Shown here: positions 39,540 to 50,563 of the stretch, one piece after another | How the letters are laid out: every line of letters starts with the position of its first letter | Position numbering within the stretch: position 1 is the stretch's first letter | Assembly: GCF_964355755.1 (NCBI RefSeq) | Contig: NC_092677.1 | Location: forward strand, 4,238,101-4,302,100 | DNA: 64,000 bases | Direction: 5' to 3' | Source: Antedon mediterranea | Taxonomy: Eukaryota; Animalia; Echinodermata | Translations under genes and position numbers: made by a program | Notes under the pieces: generated by a model | What the model saw: only the letters and a program-made list of their open reading frames with translations | Told to the model about the DNA's origin: nothing | The model's database searches: none

Positions 39540-40502
39540 TTACGCATTTGTTGAAGTTGTCACTTCTCTGGAAAAATTGTCAGTTTTACATTTGCATCTA
39601 AAAATCTTGTTGAAAAGCCAAATAATTTTCTTCTTAAATTCATTTCTTCTCAAGGTGTATATTACCGGGTTTACAGTGCACCCACTGAAAGAAATCAAGT
39701 ATATGAAACTAGATAGAACCTGCGAATTGTCTCCACCAAGTGGAGTGCAGTCGTACGCAGAATAATGGTAAATAAGAGAAGGGAAATAACAAATAAGAAA
39801 TGCTCCCAGCACTATCAAGGTGGTCTTCACTGCTTTAACGTTTATTCCAGATTGATGCTTATTCTGGACTTGTGATTCTGCAATCCGTCTAGCCTGTTTC
39901 GCAGCAATGAAGTACACTTTGGTGTGTATCAGAATGGATAGAATTGCGGTAGCTGACAGGACATTTTGGACGACAACGCCTCTAATTAAGACATCAGGCA
40001 CGAATCCAACGCAATTAAATGCGACAGTGCCTGGTCCATAAAAGCTCAAGAATGCCATCGTTAGTCCAATGATCCAGATTGTTGTCAGTAACATTACGAT
40101 CTTTGACTTATCGCTGATAGTCATATATTTTAACGGAAATAAAAGAGCTAATAATCGATCAAGTCCAATAAAGAGAAGATTAAATACAGAGATAATAAGA
40201 CCAGATGCAACGGCTTGAATGGTTCCTTCAAACCCTTTCAAGTGGTCTACAGAGTAAAATGTCGAAGCTATTGTCAGTAGGAGACCGGTGAGATGGTCGA
40301 CTAAAGCAAGGTTTAACAACAGAATATTGCTTGGGGTATGCAAGGATCTGTTTCCAATAATAACCCACATCACAAATAAGTTGCCAAGTAAAGCAAATAT
40401 TCCAGATATTTTAAAAAGAACTCCATAAACGACATCTTCCGTCGTAGATACTGAGAAGGAGAAAGGGTTCAAAGATGAATCTGACAAATTCATAATTATC
40501 AT
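39540..40502 (-). CDS. Class A GPCR, single-exon ORF (GPCR2)
   Basis: 320-aa ORF; GNLFV, NLALVD, GLDRL, KAVKTT, CYFP, NPVIY; N-terminal NLS sequon. The start could be the second ATG at 40493. Confidence 0.94.
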   Translation of the reverse strand: MIIMNLSDSSLNPFSFSVSTTEDVVYGVLFKISGIFALLGNLFVMWVIIGNRSLHTPSNILLLNLALVDHLTGLLLTIASTFYSVDHLKGFEGTIQAVASGLIISVFNLLFIGLDRLLALLFPLKYMTISDKSKIVMLLTTIWIIGLTMAFLSFYGPGTVAFNCVGFVPDVLIRGVVVQNVLSATAILSILIHTKVYFIAAKQARRIAESQVQNKHQSGINVKAVKTTLIVLGAFLICYFPSLIYHYSAYDCTPLGGDNSQVLSSFIYLISFSGCTVNPVIYTLRRNEFKKKIIWLFNKIFRCKCKTDNFSREVTTSTNA

Positions 40503-42627
40503 TTATTACACAAAATTCTCCCGAATAAACTACAGTAGGTCTAGTGTTAGTAAAACCATCTCGATTGAATCAGGTTGTCTTGTTTTTACCTTTCTATCGA
40601 TACAATAGTTCTAATGTTGGTGAAACGTTTTGATTGAATCAGGATCCTTTACCTTGCTGTTTTACATGTCTTGAAATTCCTCTAATGTTAGCGAAACTCT
40701 CTTGATTACAAAGTTCGTTTTTTACATTTCTATCAATATCAGAAAAAAATGGTGACACATCTAAATGTTGAGAACTAATTACTTCAAATTCAAATGCCAA
40801 AATGTCATTTCATCCTCCGGTCCACAATTGAACTCCCAGCTCATGTATATGCCTACGAGTAATAAACTTATATACGTAGGCCTACATTATTATATTAAAT
40901 TATGTATAACATTATGAAAATCAGAAGTTAAAATTAGGTTACTGTATTAAATAGAGACGTTTCCTTACATGAACAATCTCATATAACAATTAATATGGAA
41001 TGAAATGAACATAACTAAACACACAAAGGACATCTTTACAATACACACATAATAATAAATGCAAACTTGATGAGACAATCACGGCGGTCACTTTACATGC
41101 GTAAATACAATATACCTTGAAAGGTGGCCATCGCTGTTGTAATAACATTTCAATTATTTGACACTTAACTAAAAACAACGTATTCCCGCATTTTATGAGG
41201 GTAGTTTTGTATTACAATCTGATTGAATTAGTATAAAGTTGTTGCCATGGTAGACAACAACTTACGCAATAATGATGTCACCAACTAAATAATGTTTATA
41301 TGTCTACAATTAGATAAGCTAAATCCACTTCAATTCTCATAGGAAAATAAGGACAGGAGTACAAAGTTAACCACATGGTGTTTACTGATCTCACGAGCAC
41401 GACGTTGGTTGTGAAGCTCTGTCTACACTATCAAACTAGTTTCACAACAAAGTGCCCAAATATGGTAGTGATATGACATCATCATGTCCATACATTGGAA
41501 TATGTCACATGTTTTTGTCACATGAAGTTTGATAGTGTACAGACGTAGGCCTAGACAGATTGTAAAATCCTGCAAGGAATTGAACGGTCCCGTCTTCCTT
41601 TCCGTGAAACAGAGTGGGAATGTAGCTTAATTCGGATCAGACAGTTCTATGTAGCCTACAATCTGCCTACCTATGTTCTAAGCATTATTTAAATTAATTA
41701 ATCAAACTCACACACGGAGAAATAACATTTTCGTATTTTCCATTTTCATTTCAAATTTTTCATTTCCTGTACTGAATTTGTTTGCATCAGAATGCGAGAC
41801 TAATGCTATGGCCTTTTTATGTTTAGTCATTTAATAATAATGCTTTTATTACCGACACCAGAAGGTTATTATTGCGATATTTGTGGGGTTTTTTTTGTTC
41901 GTTGTTCGTTAAAACTAAAAGACGGATTTTACCACTGATAGGTATGGCCAAGAAACACTCCATTGAATTTCGGAGGCAATCCGGACCTGGATCATAATTC
42001 TGGATCACTTATTATAATACTTATATTATATAGGGCATAGTACACGTCAAAACTATAAAACGAATCTCTACCAAATTTAAAGCCCTGAAAGATACAGAGC
42101 TACGGGAGACTGAATTTTTCAGAAAATCCGCACCCACGATCTCTGAACCGCTTTTAAACTGTGTGAAGATGGTTAAATAAAGGCAATCTAATAGGATGCT
42201 GAGCTCTGGAGATCAAACGGTTTATCTGTGGCTGCGACACGATCAGTTCCACGCCCCGCACGCCATGGAGAATGTACATTATACTGTTGTTATTTGTCGC
42301 AGCTGTTACGAGCTCAGTGTCATTTTGTTAAATTGACTTTTTTTTTTTTTTTTTTTGACTTCGTTAAATTCGGGCTTTTTGTAGTTCTTAAACTGCCTGA
42401 AACATAAGCTTGTCTACATTGTTATATTATTACAGATATCATTAATCAAATATCACTGCGAAATATTAACTGATTTGTCGTCAAGAAACCAGGTAAGAAG
42501 ATGTTTTACACAACTATGTAATGTAAAAATAGCGATTTGTTCAATTGATGTCATAGCACTGTGAACACAGATAATAGGAACGATTTGCACAAGATAATGA
42601 ATATGTCTCATTAGTACGTAAGTATAA

Positions 42628-42723
42628 TATAATGCAGTTAATGATTGTGCATGTTATTTAATGTCTCATTAGTACGTACTAATGAGACATTAAATAACAT
42701 GCACAATCATTAACTGCATTATA
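42628..42723. repeat. Perfect 96-bp palindrome downstream of GPCR3
   Basis: Centre TAGTAC|GTACTA at 42675/42676; the 48-bp arms match exactly. Confidence 0.95.
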
Positions 42724-42788
42724 AGTGCAATGTAAGCATTACTTTTTCATTTTGCCTAAAGGGCCAATCATCATAAGAATGTATAATG

Positions 42789-43354
42789 AACGTGAACGGT
42801 TAGTAAATGTTTTAGCATCAGTCCTCCTGAATGGCAGTTTTGGTGACAGACATCAACATTTCTGCAGAAACGTGAACGGTTAGTAAATTGTTAAGGATCA
42901 GTCCTCATGAATGGCAGTTCTTGTGACAGACATCAACATTTCTGCAGAAACGTGAACGGTTAGTAAATTGTTAAGGATCAGTCCTCATGAATGGCAGTTC
43001 TTGTGACAGAGATTGACATTTCTGCAGAAACGTGAACGTTTAGTAAATGTTTTAGCATCAGCCCTCCTGAATGGCAGTTCTTGTGACAGAGATTGACATT
43101 TCTGCAGAAACGTGAACGTTTAGTAAATGTTTTAGCATCAGCCCTCCTGAATGGCAGTTCTTGTGACAGAGATTGACATTTCTGCAGGAACGTGAACGGT
43201 TAGTACATTGTTAAGCATCAGTCCTCATGAATGGCAGTTCTTGTGACAGACATCAACTCTTCTGCAGAAACATGAACGGTTAGTAAATTGTTAAGGATCA
43301 GTCCTCACGAATGGCAGTTCTTGTGACAGACATAGACATCGACATTTCTGCAGA
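42789..43354 (-). repeat. 80-bp tandem array made of the GPCR3 C-terminal codons, stop and proximal 3'UTR (gene copy + 6)
   Basis: Stop-containing motif TCAG(T/C)CCTC recurs at 42818, 42898, 42978, 43058, 43138, 43218 and 43298. Confidence 0.97.
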
Positions 43355-44272
43355 CGCTTGATGCTTTCTACATAAACCACATCTGTTGAAAATGTTCAAA
43401 ATCTGTTTCTTGAATTCCTTTTTTCGCAGAGAGTAGATGATAGGGTTGACGGTACTCCCACTCATCGAGATGTAAAAAACCACAGCGAACACATCTGCTG
43501 TGTGTTTTCCACCCAGAGGACTACAAGTATATGATGAGTATCGATACACTAAGCTCGGTATGTAACACACAACAAAAGCACCAAGTACAAACAACGTGGT
43601 TTTGATGGCTTTGACGTTGATGTTATGCTTCTTTCTGCCTTGAACTTGAGATTCTGAAATACGTCTTGCCTGGTTAGATGCTATAAAGTACACCTTTGCA
43701 TGAATCCCAATCGTAAAGACGATAGACACTCCAATTACTATATCAACGGACATGCTGCTAACGGTCGTCACGTACACTCCACAGTCAATTATAACGACTG
43801 AGGAGCCGGAATAGAAGACGATATATGACGCAAACATTCCAGAAATCCACACAGACGCAATAAAAACAATACATTTAGTTTTGTCACTTATTTTCATGTA
43901 TTTCAACGGATACGTCAGAGTTAGTAGTCGATCGACTCCAATGACAAATAGATTCAGTAATGACATGAAGACGAAAGTGACAGCAACTTGAAACCCCTTT
44001 CCAAATTTGACGAAGTCACCTGTATTGTAAAATACTGACATAATAATCAGTAGGTGTCCGGTCACTTCATCAATAACAGCAAGATTAAGCAACATCATGT
44101 TAGTCGGAGTGTGTAGCAATTTATTACGAATAAAAACCCAGCAAACAAACACGTTTCCAAGTACGGCGACTACACCAGATATTGGATATAGAACCAAGTA
44201 TATTATGTCTTGCAATTGAGTTGCCATCGGTATTGCAAAATTAAACGGTTCGGTATTGTTAGAATAATTCAT
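43298..44272 (-). CDS. Class A GPCR, single-exon ORF (GPCR3)
   Basis: GNVFV, NLAVID, GVDRL, KAIKTT, CYIP, NPIIY. First ATG is at 44272 (MNYSNNT). The ORF-track extension to 44347 runs through a polypyrimidine/CAG acceptor at ~44320 and is probably 5'UTR/intron. Confidence 0.94.
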   Translation of the reverse strand: MNYSNNTEPFNFAIPMATQLQDIIYLVLYPISGVVAVLGNVFVCWVFIRNKLLHTPTNMMLLNLAVIDEVTGHLLIIMSVFYNTGDFVKFGKGFQVAVTFVFMSLLNLFVIGVDRLLTLTYPLKYMKISDKTKCIVFIASVWISGMFASYIVFYSGSSVVIIDCGVYVTTVSSMSVDIVIGVSIVFTIGIHAKVYFIASNQARRISESQVQGRKKHNINVKAIKTTLFVLGAFVVCYIPSLVYRYSSYTCSPLGGKHTADVFAVVFYISMSGSTVNPIIYSLRKKEFKKQILNIFNRCGLCRKHQASAEMSMSMSVTRTAIRED

Positions 44273-44673
44273 TATGACTATTGGTCCGGTAACCTGGTTG
44301 AGAAATTGGTTAAAATTGGCTGAAATGAAATAAAAAGAAAAACGCACAATAAATCAAAGTATTGAAACTTCAGTTGAATGGTAAACGAGCCGCCCTCCTT
44401 ATTACAGGCATCTGTATCTTGTATCTCAGTATGTGTATCTTATTCCTTCTTTGATCAACGCACAAATTAATTGAATTATTTTTAGGCTTTTATAAAATAA
44501 AAAATAAATTACAATCTCAAAATATTAAAACAGACCTAGGATAATAAATTACAGTACAACTTATGAACATTTAAAAAGTAAACAATTTGCAAATATACAT
44601 AATTATAATATAATTTATATTGTTTACATTGTCATTGATGAACGCTAATATTAGTTCAAAACTAATGATATAG

Positions 44674-44674
<1 letters not shown>

Positions 44675-44730
<56 letters not shown>
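44675..44730. repeat. (TA)n microsatellite upstream of GPCR3
   Basis: Uninterrupted TA run; absent at the paralogous position (~49810). Confidence 0.95.
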
Positions 44731-44733
<3 letters not shown>

Positions 44734-46409
44734 TACTTGAGTATAAATATAAGAATAAATATAAAATAGTTACCTTTATATTTTTTGTCAAGTCGTTAGT
44801 ATTCAAATGTGTTTGGTATGATACAATAAATGACAAAATCAGCAGTAGTTCTGAATATACTTGATGTTTGGTCAGTAATATGCACTGATCTAACACTATG
44901 TTGAATGGCCAAGCAAACTGCCTTTTAAATTAGCCCTTAACACTCATGCGCTCTGTCACATTTTAATTGTATAGGCATCTTTGATTTTAAACATGTCAAT
45001 TTCGAAATGAATATTATATAACACTGTTTGTTTTGACGTAATTTATTTTAAAGTGGTACAACAATGGTTTTAACCAAGAGCAAAGAAACGATAATTGGTT
45101 GAAATTAGCAATTATGCGTCATATTACACAATAAACATCTGGAGTATTGTTCAACAAATAATGAACTAAATAGAAAATCACTAACGTTTATTAGTAAATT
45201 GTTAAATTGAGTGCATGTACTCGAACGTGTAATAAGAGAGACCCAGTGAACTGATAGATAGTGGTGAAATTGAACCACTTAGTTTTATGACAATTCTAAA
45301 GATTTAATGTGTATGACGTCCAAAGATTTGTCTACACTATCTTTTATAACTCTATGTGACAAAATATGTGATGTGCCTATATATGGACATGATGATGTCA
45401 CACCACTACCATATTTTGGTATATCACTACCATGGTTGGGCATGTTACACTTTTCCTGTCAAACTACATTGATAGCGTAAACAGAGCTTAAAATGTGATG
45501 AACCACTCGGGAATTATAGACACAATTACGTACCACATAAGTGCACATTTTATCAAAAATGTGTATTCTTTTGTCAAAAGGATACAAGCTGAAATTAGAG
45601 GGTCCATTTAAAGATGCAATTGTTTGTTCTATAAGATAAAACTAGGCCTACTAAACATTTAATTCTCGTACGGTATCATCTTTAGTGTATTCGGGTAAAG
45701 ATATACAGTATTCTATCATAGGATTCATTGCTTCATTGATACTTTTTAATGCTCTTCTGCTTTTTATTGTTTTAGTGCAGTTTTATCCTATTTAACTACA
45801 TTTTATGTGTATTTCTTTTTTCTTGTTGATATTGTTGACAAAGATCTTGACCAAATAAAATTAACGATTTTATAATGTAATGATTAAAAAACATAAATTG
45901 CAAAAAAAGCTTGAAAATATTTGTAGGAATTTTTTTTGATTTTTTTTTTGGTCTATTTAATATTTAATTATCAGCTGATTTTGATCACCTCTGTAAGACA
46001 GTGGTGCCTAATTAACCATACAGGGTTACTGGATGTCAGTTTTACAGAATCATAAAACAAACGACACATTCTGGTACTAAAAAACAGAATAACAATATTA
46101 ATTGTATCAACTAACAAAACTTTCAGTTGACTTACAATAAAACAGTTATCAAAAGTTAAAACTATAATAAAAAAATCAAAGGGGTGGTATAATGGACGCT
46201 ACAAACAAGCGACTGAACTTGAAAAGAAGTTTTTGGGACAAATACTGGATCACTTATTATCCTACTTATAATAGACCTTAGTACACTTCAAAACTATAAA
46301 ACGGATCTCTAACAAATTCAAAGCCCTGAAAGATATAGCTACGGGAGACTACATTTTTTAAAAAATCCGGACCCAGGATCTCTGAACCGCTTTTAAACTG
46401 TGGGAAGGC

Positions 46410-46870
46410 AAATCTAAAAGAAATCTAACAACAGGATTCAATTATATGATGTTACATAGAATACTGCCTACCAACAAACGGCTTTATCAGTGGAAAGTTA
46501 AAGAAACACAAACGTGTGACAAATGTGGAGAAATTGATAATGAAAATCATTTGTTTTATAGTTGTAGATTTATTCAGAAATTTTGGAGGAAAATGCTTAG
46601 TATCTTTTTAAGTTTAAACCACAATAATATATCATTTAAGCAATTAATACTAGGAACGGGAGATAACCTAATAGATTATATTTACACATCTGCAGCCTTC
46701 ACTATTTTATAGAATAAAAATATTATTATCAGCATTAAATAAGCCAGTGGGTAAATCTTTATGGAATTTATTTAAAAGCAATATGCCATATAACATTGAT
46801 TGTGAAATATATAACAATAAAGAAACAAGTATAGAAAAATGGGTAGCTTTAAGTAATACTATTATGCTAA
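46410..46870 (+). mobile_element. Decayed 3' fragment of an L1/Tx1-clade LINE ORF2 (zinc-binding zf-RVT-like region)
   Basis: FNYMMLHRILPTNKRL..W..CDKCGEIDNENHLFYSC..IQKFW, followed by stops and a terminal E..KW motif. Confidence 0.8.
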
Positions 46871-47102
46871 TATAATTTCTAAATTGATACGATTATCAGA
46901 AAAGGAAATACTGTGATACGAGTTACTGGTGGTACTAAGCTATTATGTTTTTTTATTTCGTTTTATCTTGTATATAATTACATTGTATGATTTAGGCTGT
47001 AAAATGAAAACAAACAAATGAAAATTCTTTGTGTAAAATATTTTAAAACGAGATAGATGATAATGATGATTATTGTCAAGTGTATAGAAAAATATAAGAA
47101 AA

Positions 47103-47501
47103 CTAGAGGGTACTCCGAGAGTACAAACCTCCGCCTACTGTAAAATTCCTTTACATAAAATGCCCCCTGAATATTTTTTTTTAACATTTTTTTTTATTAG
47201 TCCTAAGTGTAAATATGTTAACTGCACACTACAAAGTTGTGGATGACAGTGTGGTGTAATGGTTATGTATCCAGCCTCTCACAGTTGAGGTCGCTGGTTC
47301 AAGCCCCACTGAGGGTTTTTTTTTTGTTTTTAATTATTTTTTTATTTTTTATTTTTTTTTTTTTTGTGGACCTTGATCTTTGACCCTGACCCTTCAAATT
47401 CAAACTCGTCCGAGCTTTTTGGGCATAGATCATTGTGTCCAAATTTGGTTAGAATCGGATAAAAACTGTGGCCTCCAGGCTGTTCACAGACACACACACA
47501 A

Positions 47502-47538
<37 letters not shown>

Positions 47539-47578
47539 AACATACAGGGGTGAAAACATAACCTCCTTGGCGGAGGTA
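47103..47578 (-). mobile_element. Non-autonomous Helentron/HINE (DINE-like) element with a (CA)n core
   Basis: On -: ACCTCCGCC-AAGGAGGT 5' end, (TG)n microsatellite, subterminal GGCGGAGGT, hairpin GTACTC-TCG-GAGTAC, CTAG terminus next to TT. Confidence 0.7.
47245..47315 (+). pseudogene. tRNA-derived sequence (Glu-CTC-like), non-functional or SINE head
   Basis: A box TGGTGTAATGG, loop CTCTCAC, B box GGTTCAAGCC, CAGTG/CACTG partial acceptor stem, followed by oligo-T. Stems are imperfect. Confidence 0.55.
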
Positions 47579-48181
47579 ATAATGACAAAATAGGTAATAC
47601 GGAAATTAATAAATGTAAACATGTTACTAGTGAATTGTAACGACATTTAGAATTAACAAAAATGTTGTTAAATGATATGATTTTATGTAATGACATGAGA
47701 TAATATATGAATGTGAATAAAAGTGGTGTTTGCGGCACAAAAATAAACAGAATTCTGAGCTCCGGAGATCAAAGGGTTTATCTGTGGCTGCGACACGATC
47801 AGTACATAATACAGTACTGTTGTTATTTGTCGCAGCCAGACATACTATCAAAGGACTGATACAACCTCAGTGTCATTTTGTTTTTTGTTAGATTGACTTG
47901 GTTCAATTTGGGCTTTTGTGGTTCTTAAACCACCTGAAACCTAAGCTTGTTACAGAGTAAATCATTAATCTGAAATATTACTGCGAAATATTAACTGATT
48001 TGACGTCAGGAAATGTAAAAAAAAATTGTTCAATTGATGTCATAGCATTGTGAACGCAGATAATAGGACCGATTTGCACACAAGATAATGAATTTGTCTC
48101 ATTAGTAAGTACTAACGAGACAATAAATAACATCATCATCAGCACAATCACTAACTGCATTATAAATAAAAACGTATAACA

Positions 48182-48507
48182 AACGTGAACGGTTAGTAAA
48201 TGTTTAAGCATCAGTCCTCCTGAATGGCAGTTCTTGTGACAGACATCGACATTTCTGCAGGAACGTGAACGGTTAGTAAATGTTTTAGCACTAGTCCTCT
48301 TGAATGGCAGTTCTTGTGACAGACATCGACATTTCTGCAGGAACGTGAACGGTTAGAACATTGTTTATCATCAGTCCTCCTGGATGGCAGTTCTTGTGAC
48401 AGACATCGACATTTCTGCAGAAACCTGAACGGTTAGTACATTGTAAAGTATCAGTCCTCTTGAATGGCAGTTCTTGTGACAGACATAGACATCGACATTT
48501 CTGCAGA
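48182..48507 (-). repeat. 80-bp tandem array of the GPCR4 C-terminus and stop (gene copy + 3)
   Basis: Unit stops at 48211, 48291, 48371 and 48451. Confidence 0.97.
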
Positions 48508-49422
48508 CGCCCTTTGCTTTTTACACAAACCACATCTGTTGAAAATGTTCAATATCTGTTTCTTGAATTCCTTTTTTCGCAGAGAGTAAATGACAGGGTT
48601 GACGGTACACCCACAGAGAGCGATGTAAAAAACCACAGCGGACACATCTGCTGTGTGTCTTCCACCCAGAGGATTACAAGTATATGTTGAGTATCGATAC
48701 ACTAGGGTCGGTATGTAACACACAACGAAAGCGCCAAGTACAATCAACGTGGTTTTGATGGCTTTGACGTTGATGCTATGCTTCTGTCTGCCTTGAACTT
48801 GAGATTCTGAGATACGTCTTGCCTGGTTAGATGCTATAAAGTACACCTTTGCATGAATCCCAATCGTAACGGCCATAGACACTCCAATTACTATATCAAC
48901 GGACATGCTACTAACGGTCGTCGCGTACACTCCACAGTCAATTATAACGACTGAGGAGCCGGAATAGAAGACGATATATGACGCCAACATTCCAAAAATC
49001 CACACAGACGCAATTAAAACAACACCTTTTGTTTTGTCACTTATTTTCATGTATTTCAATGGATACGTCAGAGTTAGTAGTCGATCGACTCCAATGACAA
49101 ATAGATTCAGTAACGACATGAAGACGAAACTTACAGCAATTTGAAAGGCCTCTCCCAATTTGACGAAGTCACCTGTATTGTAAAATACTGACAAAATGAC
49201 CAGTAGGTGTCCGGTCACTTCATCAATAACAGCAAGATTAAGCAACATCATGTTAGTCGGAGAGTGTAACGATTTATTACGAATAAAAACCCAGCAAACA
49301 AACAAGTTTCCAAGTACGGCGACTACACCAGATATTGGATATAGAACCGAGTATATTATGTCTTGCAATTGAGCCATCGGTATTACAAAATTAAACGGTT
49401 CGGTATTGTTGGAATAATTCAT
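48451..49422 (-). CDS. Class A GPCR, single-exon ORF (GPCR4), close paralog of GPCR3
   Basis: Colinear with GPCR3 apart from one codon indel and has the same motifs. ATG at 49422 (MNYSNNT). Confidence 0.94.
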   Translation of the reverse strand: MNYSNNTEPFNFVIPMAQLQDIIYSVLYPISGVVAVLGNLFVCWVFIRNKSLHSPTNMMLLNLAVIDEVTGHLLVILSVFYNTGDFVKLGEAFQIAVSFVFMSLLNLFVIGVDRLLTLTYPLKYMKISDKTKGVVLIASVWIFGMLASYIVFYSGSSVVIIDCGVYATTVSSMSVDIVIGVSMAVTIGIHAKVYFIASNQARRISESQVQGRQKHSINVKAIKTTLIVLGAFVVCYIPTLVYRYSTYTCNPLGGRHTADVSAVVFYIALCGCTVNPVIYSLRKKEFKKQILNIFNRCGLCKKQRASAEMSMSMSVTRTAIQED

Positions 49423-50400
49423 TATGACTATTGGTCCGGTAACCTTGTTGAGAAATTTGTTAAAATTGGCTGAAATGAAATAAAAAGAAAAACGCACAAT
49501 AAATCAAAGTATTGAAACTTCAGTTAAATGGTAAACATTCCGCCATTTTACAAGCATCTGAGTTCAAATATTGTATCTCAGTATGTTTATCCAATTCTTT
49601 CTTTGATCAACGCACAAATTATTTGAAGGCCTTTATAAAATAAAAAAAATAAATTATAATCACAAAATATTAAAACAGACAGGATACCAAATTACAGTAC
49701 AACTTATGAACATTTAAAAAATAAACAATTTGCAAATATACATATAATATAATTCATATGGTTCACATGTCACTGACGAACGCCAAAAATTAGTTCAAAA
49801 CTAATGATATAGTTGCATTGTGTAGAATAAATATAAAATAGTTACCTTTATATTTTTGTCAAATCGTTAGTATTCAAATGTGCTTGGTATGATACAATAA
49901 ATAACAAAACCAGCAGTAGTTTTGTACTTTAGTAGTTTAGTACTGAAAATACTTGAAGTTTGGTCAGTAATATACACTGATCTAGCACTATGTTGAATGG
50001 CCAAGCAAACTGCCTTTTAAAGTAGACCTTAACACTCATGCATCTTTGATTTTAAACATGTCAATTTCGAAACAAATATTGTCTTGACGTAATTTATTTT
50101 AAATTGGTACAACAATGGTTTTAACAAAGAGCAGAGAAACCATGGACCAATTTATAGGTCCATGAAGAAACGATAATTGGTTGAAATGAACAATTATGCG
50201 TCATATTACACAATAAACATATTGAGTATTGTTCAGCATAATGAAATAAATAGAAAAGCACTAACGTTTATTAGTAAAATGTTAAATTAAGTGCATGTAC
50301 TTGAAAGTGTAAGAGAGACCCAGTGAACTGATAGATAGTGGTGAAATTGAACCACTTAGTTTTATGACAATTCTAAAGATATTAAGTGTATGACGTCTAA

Positions 50401-50563
50401 AGCTTTGTCTACACTATCAAACTTTATGTGACAAAATATGTGATGTGCCCATATATGGACATGATGATGTCATATCACTACCATATTTGGGTACATCTAC
50501 ACTACCATGCTTGGGAACGTAACACTTTTCTTGTCAAACTACCTTGATAGTGTAGACAGAGCT
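50401..50563. mobile_element. Harbinger-like MITE family A copy
   Basis: TAA-AGCTTTGTCTACACTATCAA...TTGATAGTGTAGACAGAGCT-TAA. Confidence 0.85.

Noticed and set aside
42789-43354. CRISPR-like appearance of the regular repeats (also 48182-48507 and 52210-52422)
   Set aside because: The units are contiguous near-identical copies with no unique spacers, there are no cas genes, and the context is eukaryotic.
44273-44347. ORF-track N-terminal extensions of GPCR3, GPCR4 (to 49497) and GPCR5 (to 55143)
   Set aside because: They begin at non-ATG codons, and in GPCR3/4 they cross a polypyrimidine-CAG acceptor. The downstream ATGs are followed by typical N-glycosylation sequons.
47342-47738. CV-repeat ORFs (and the YI-repeat ORF at 44651-44896)
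   Set aside because: They are translations of (CA)n and (TA)n microsatellites.
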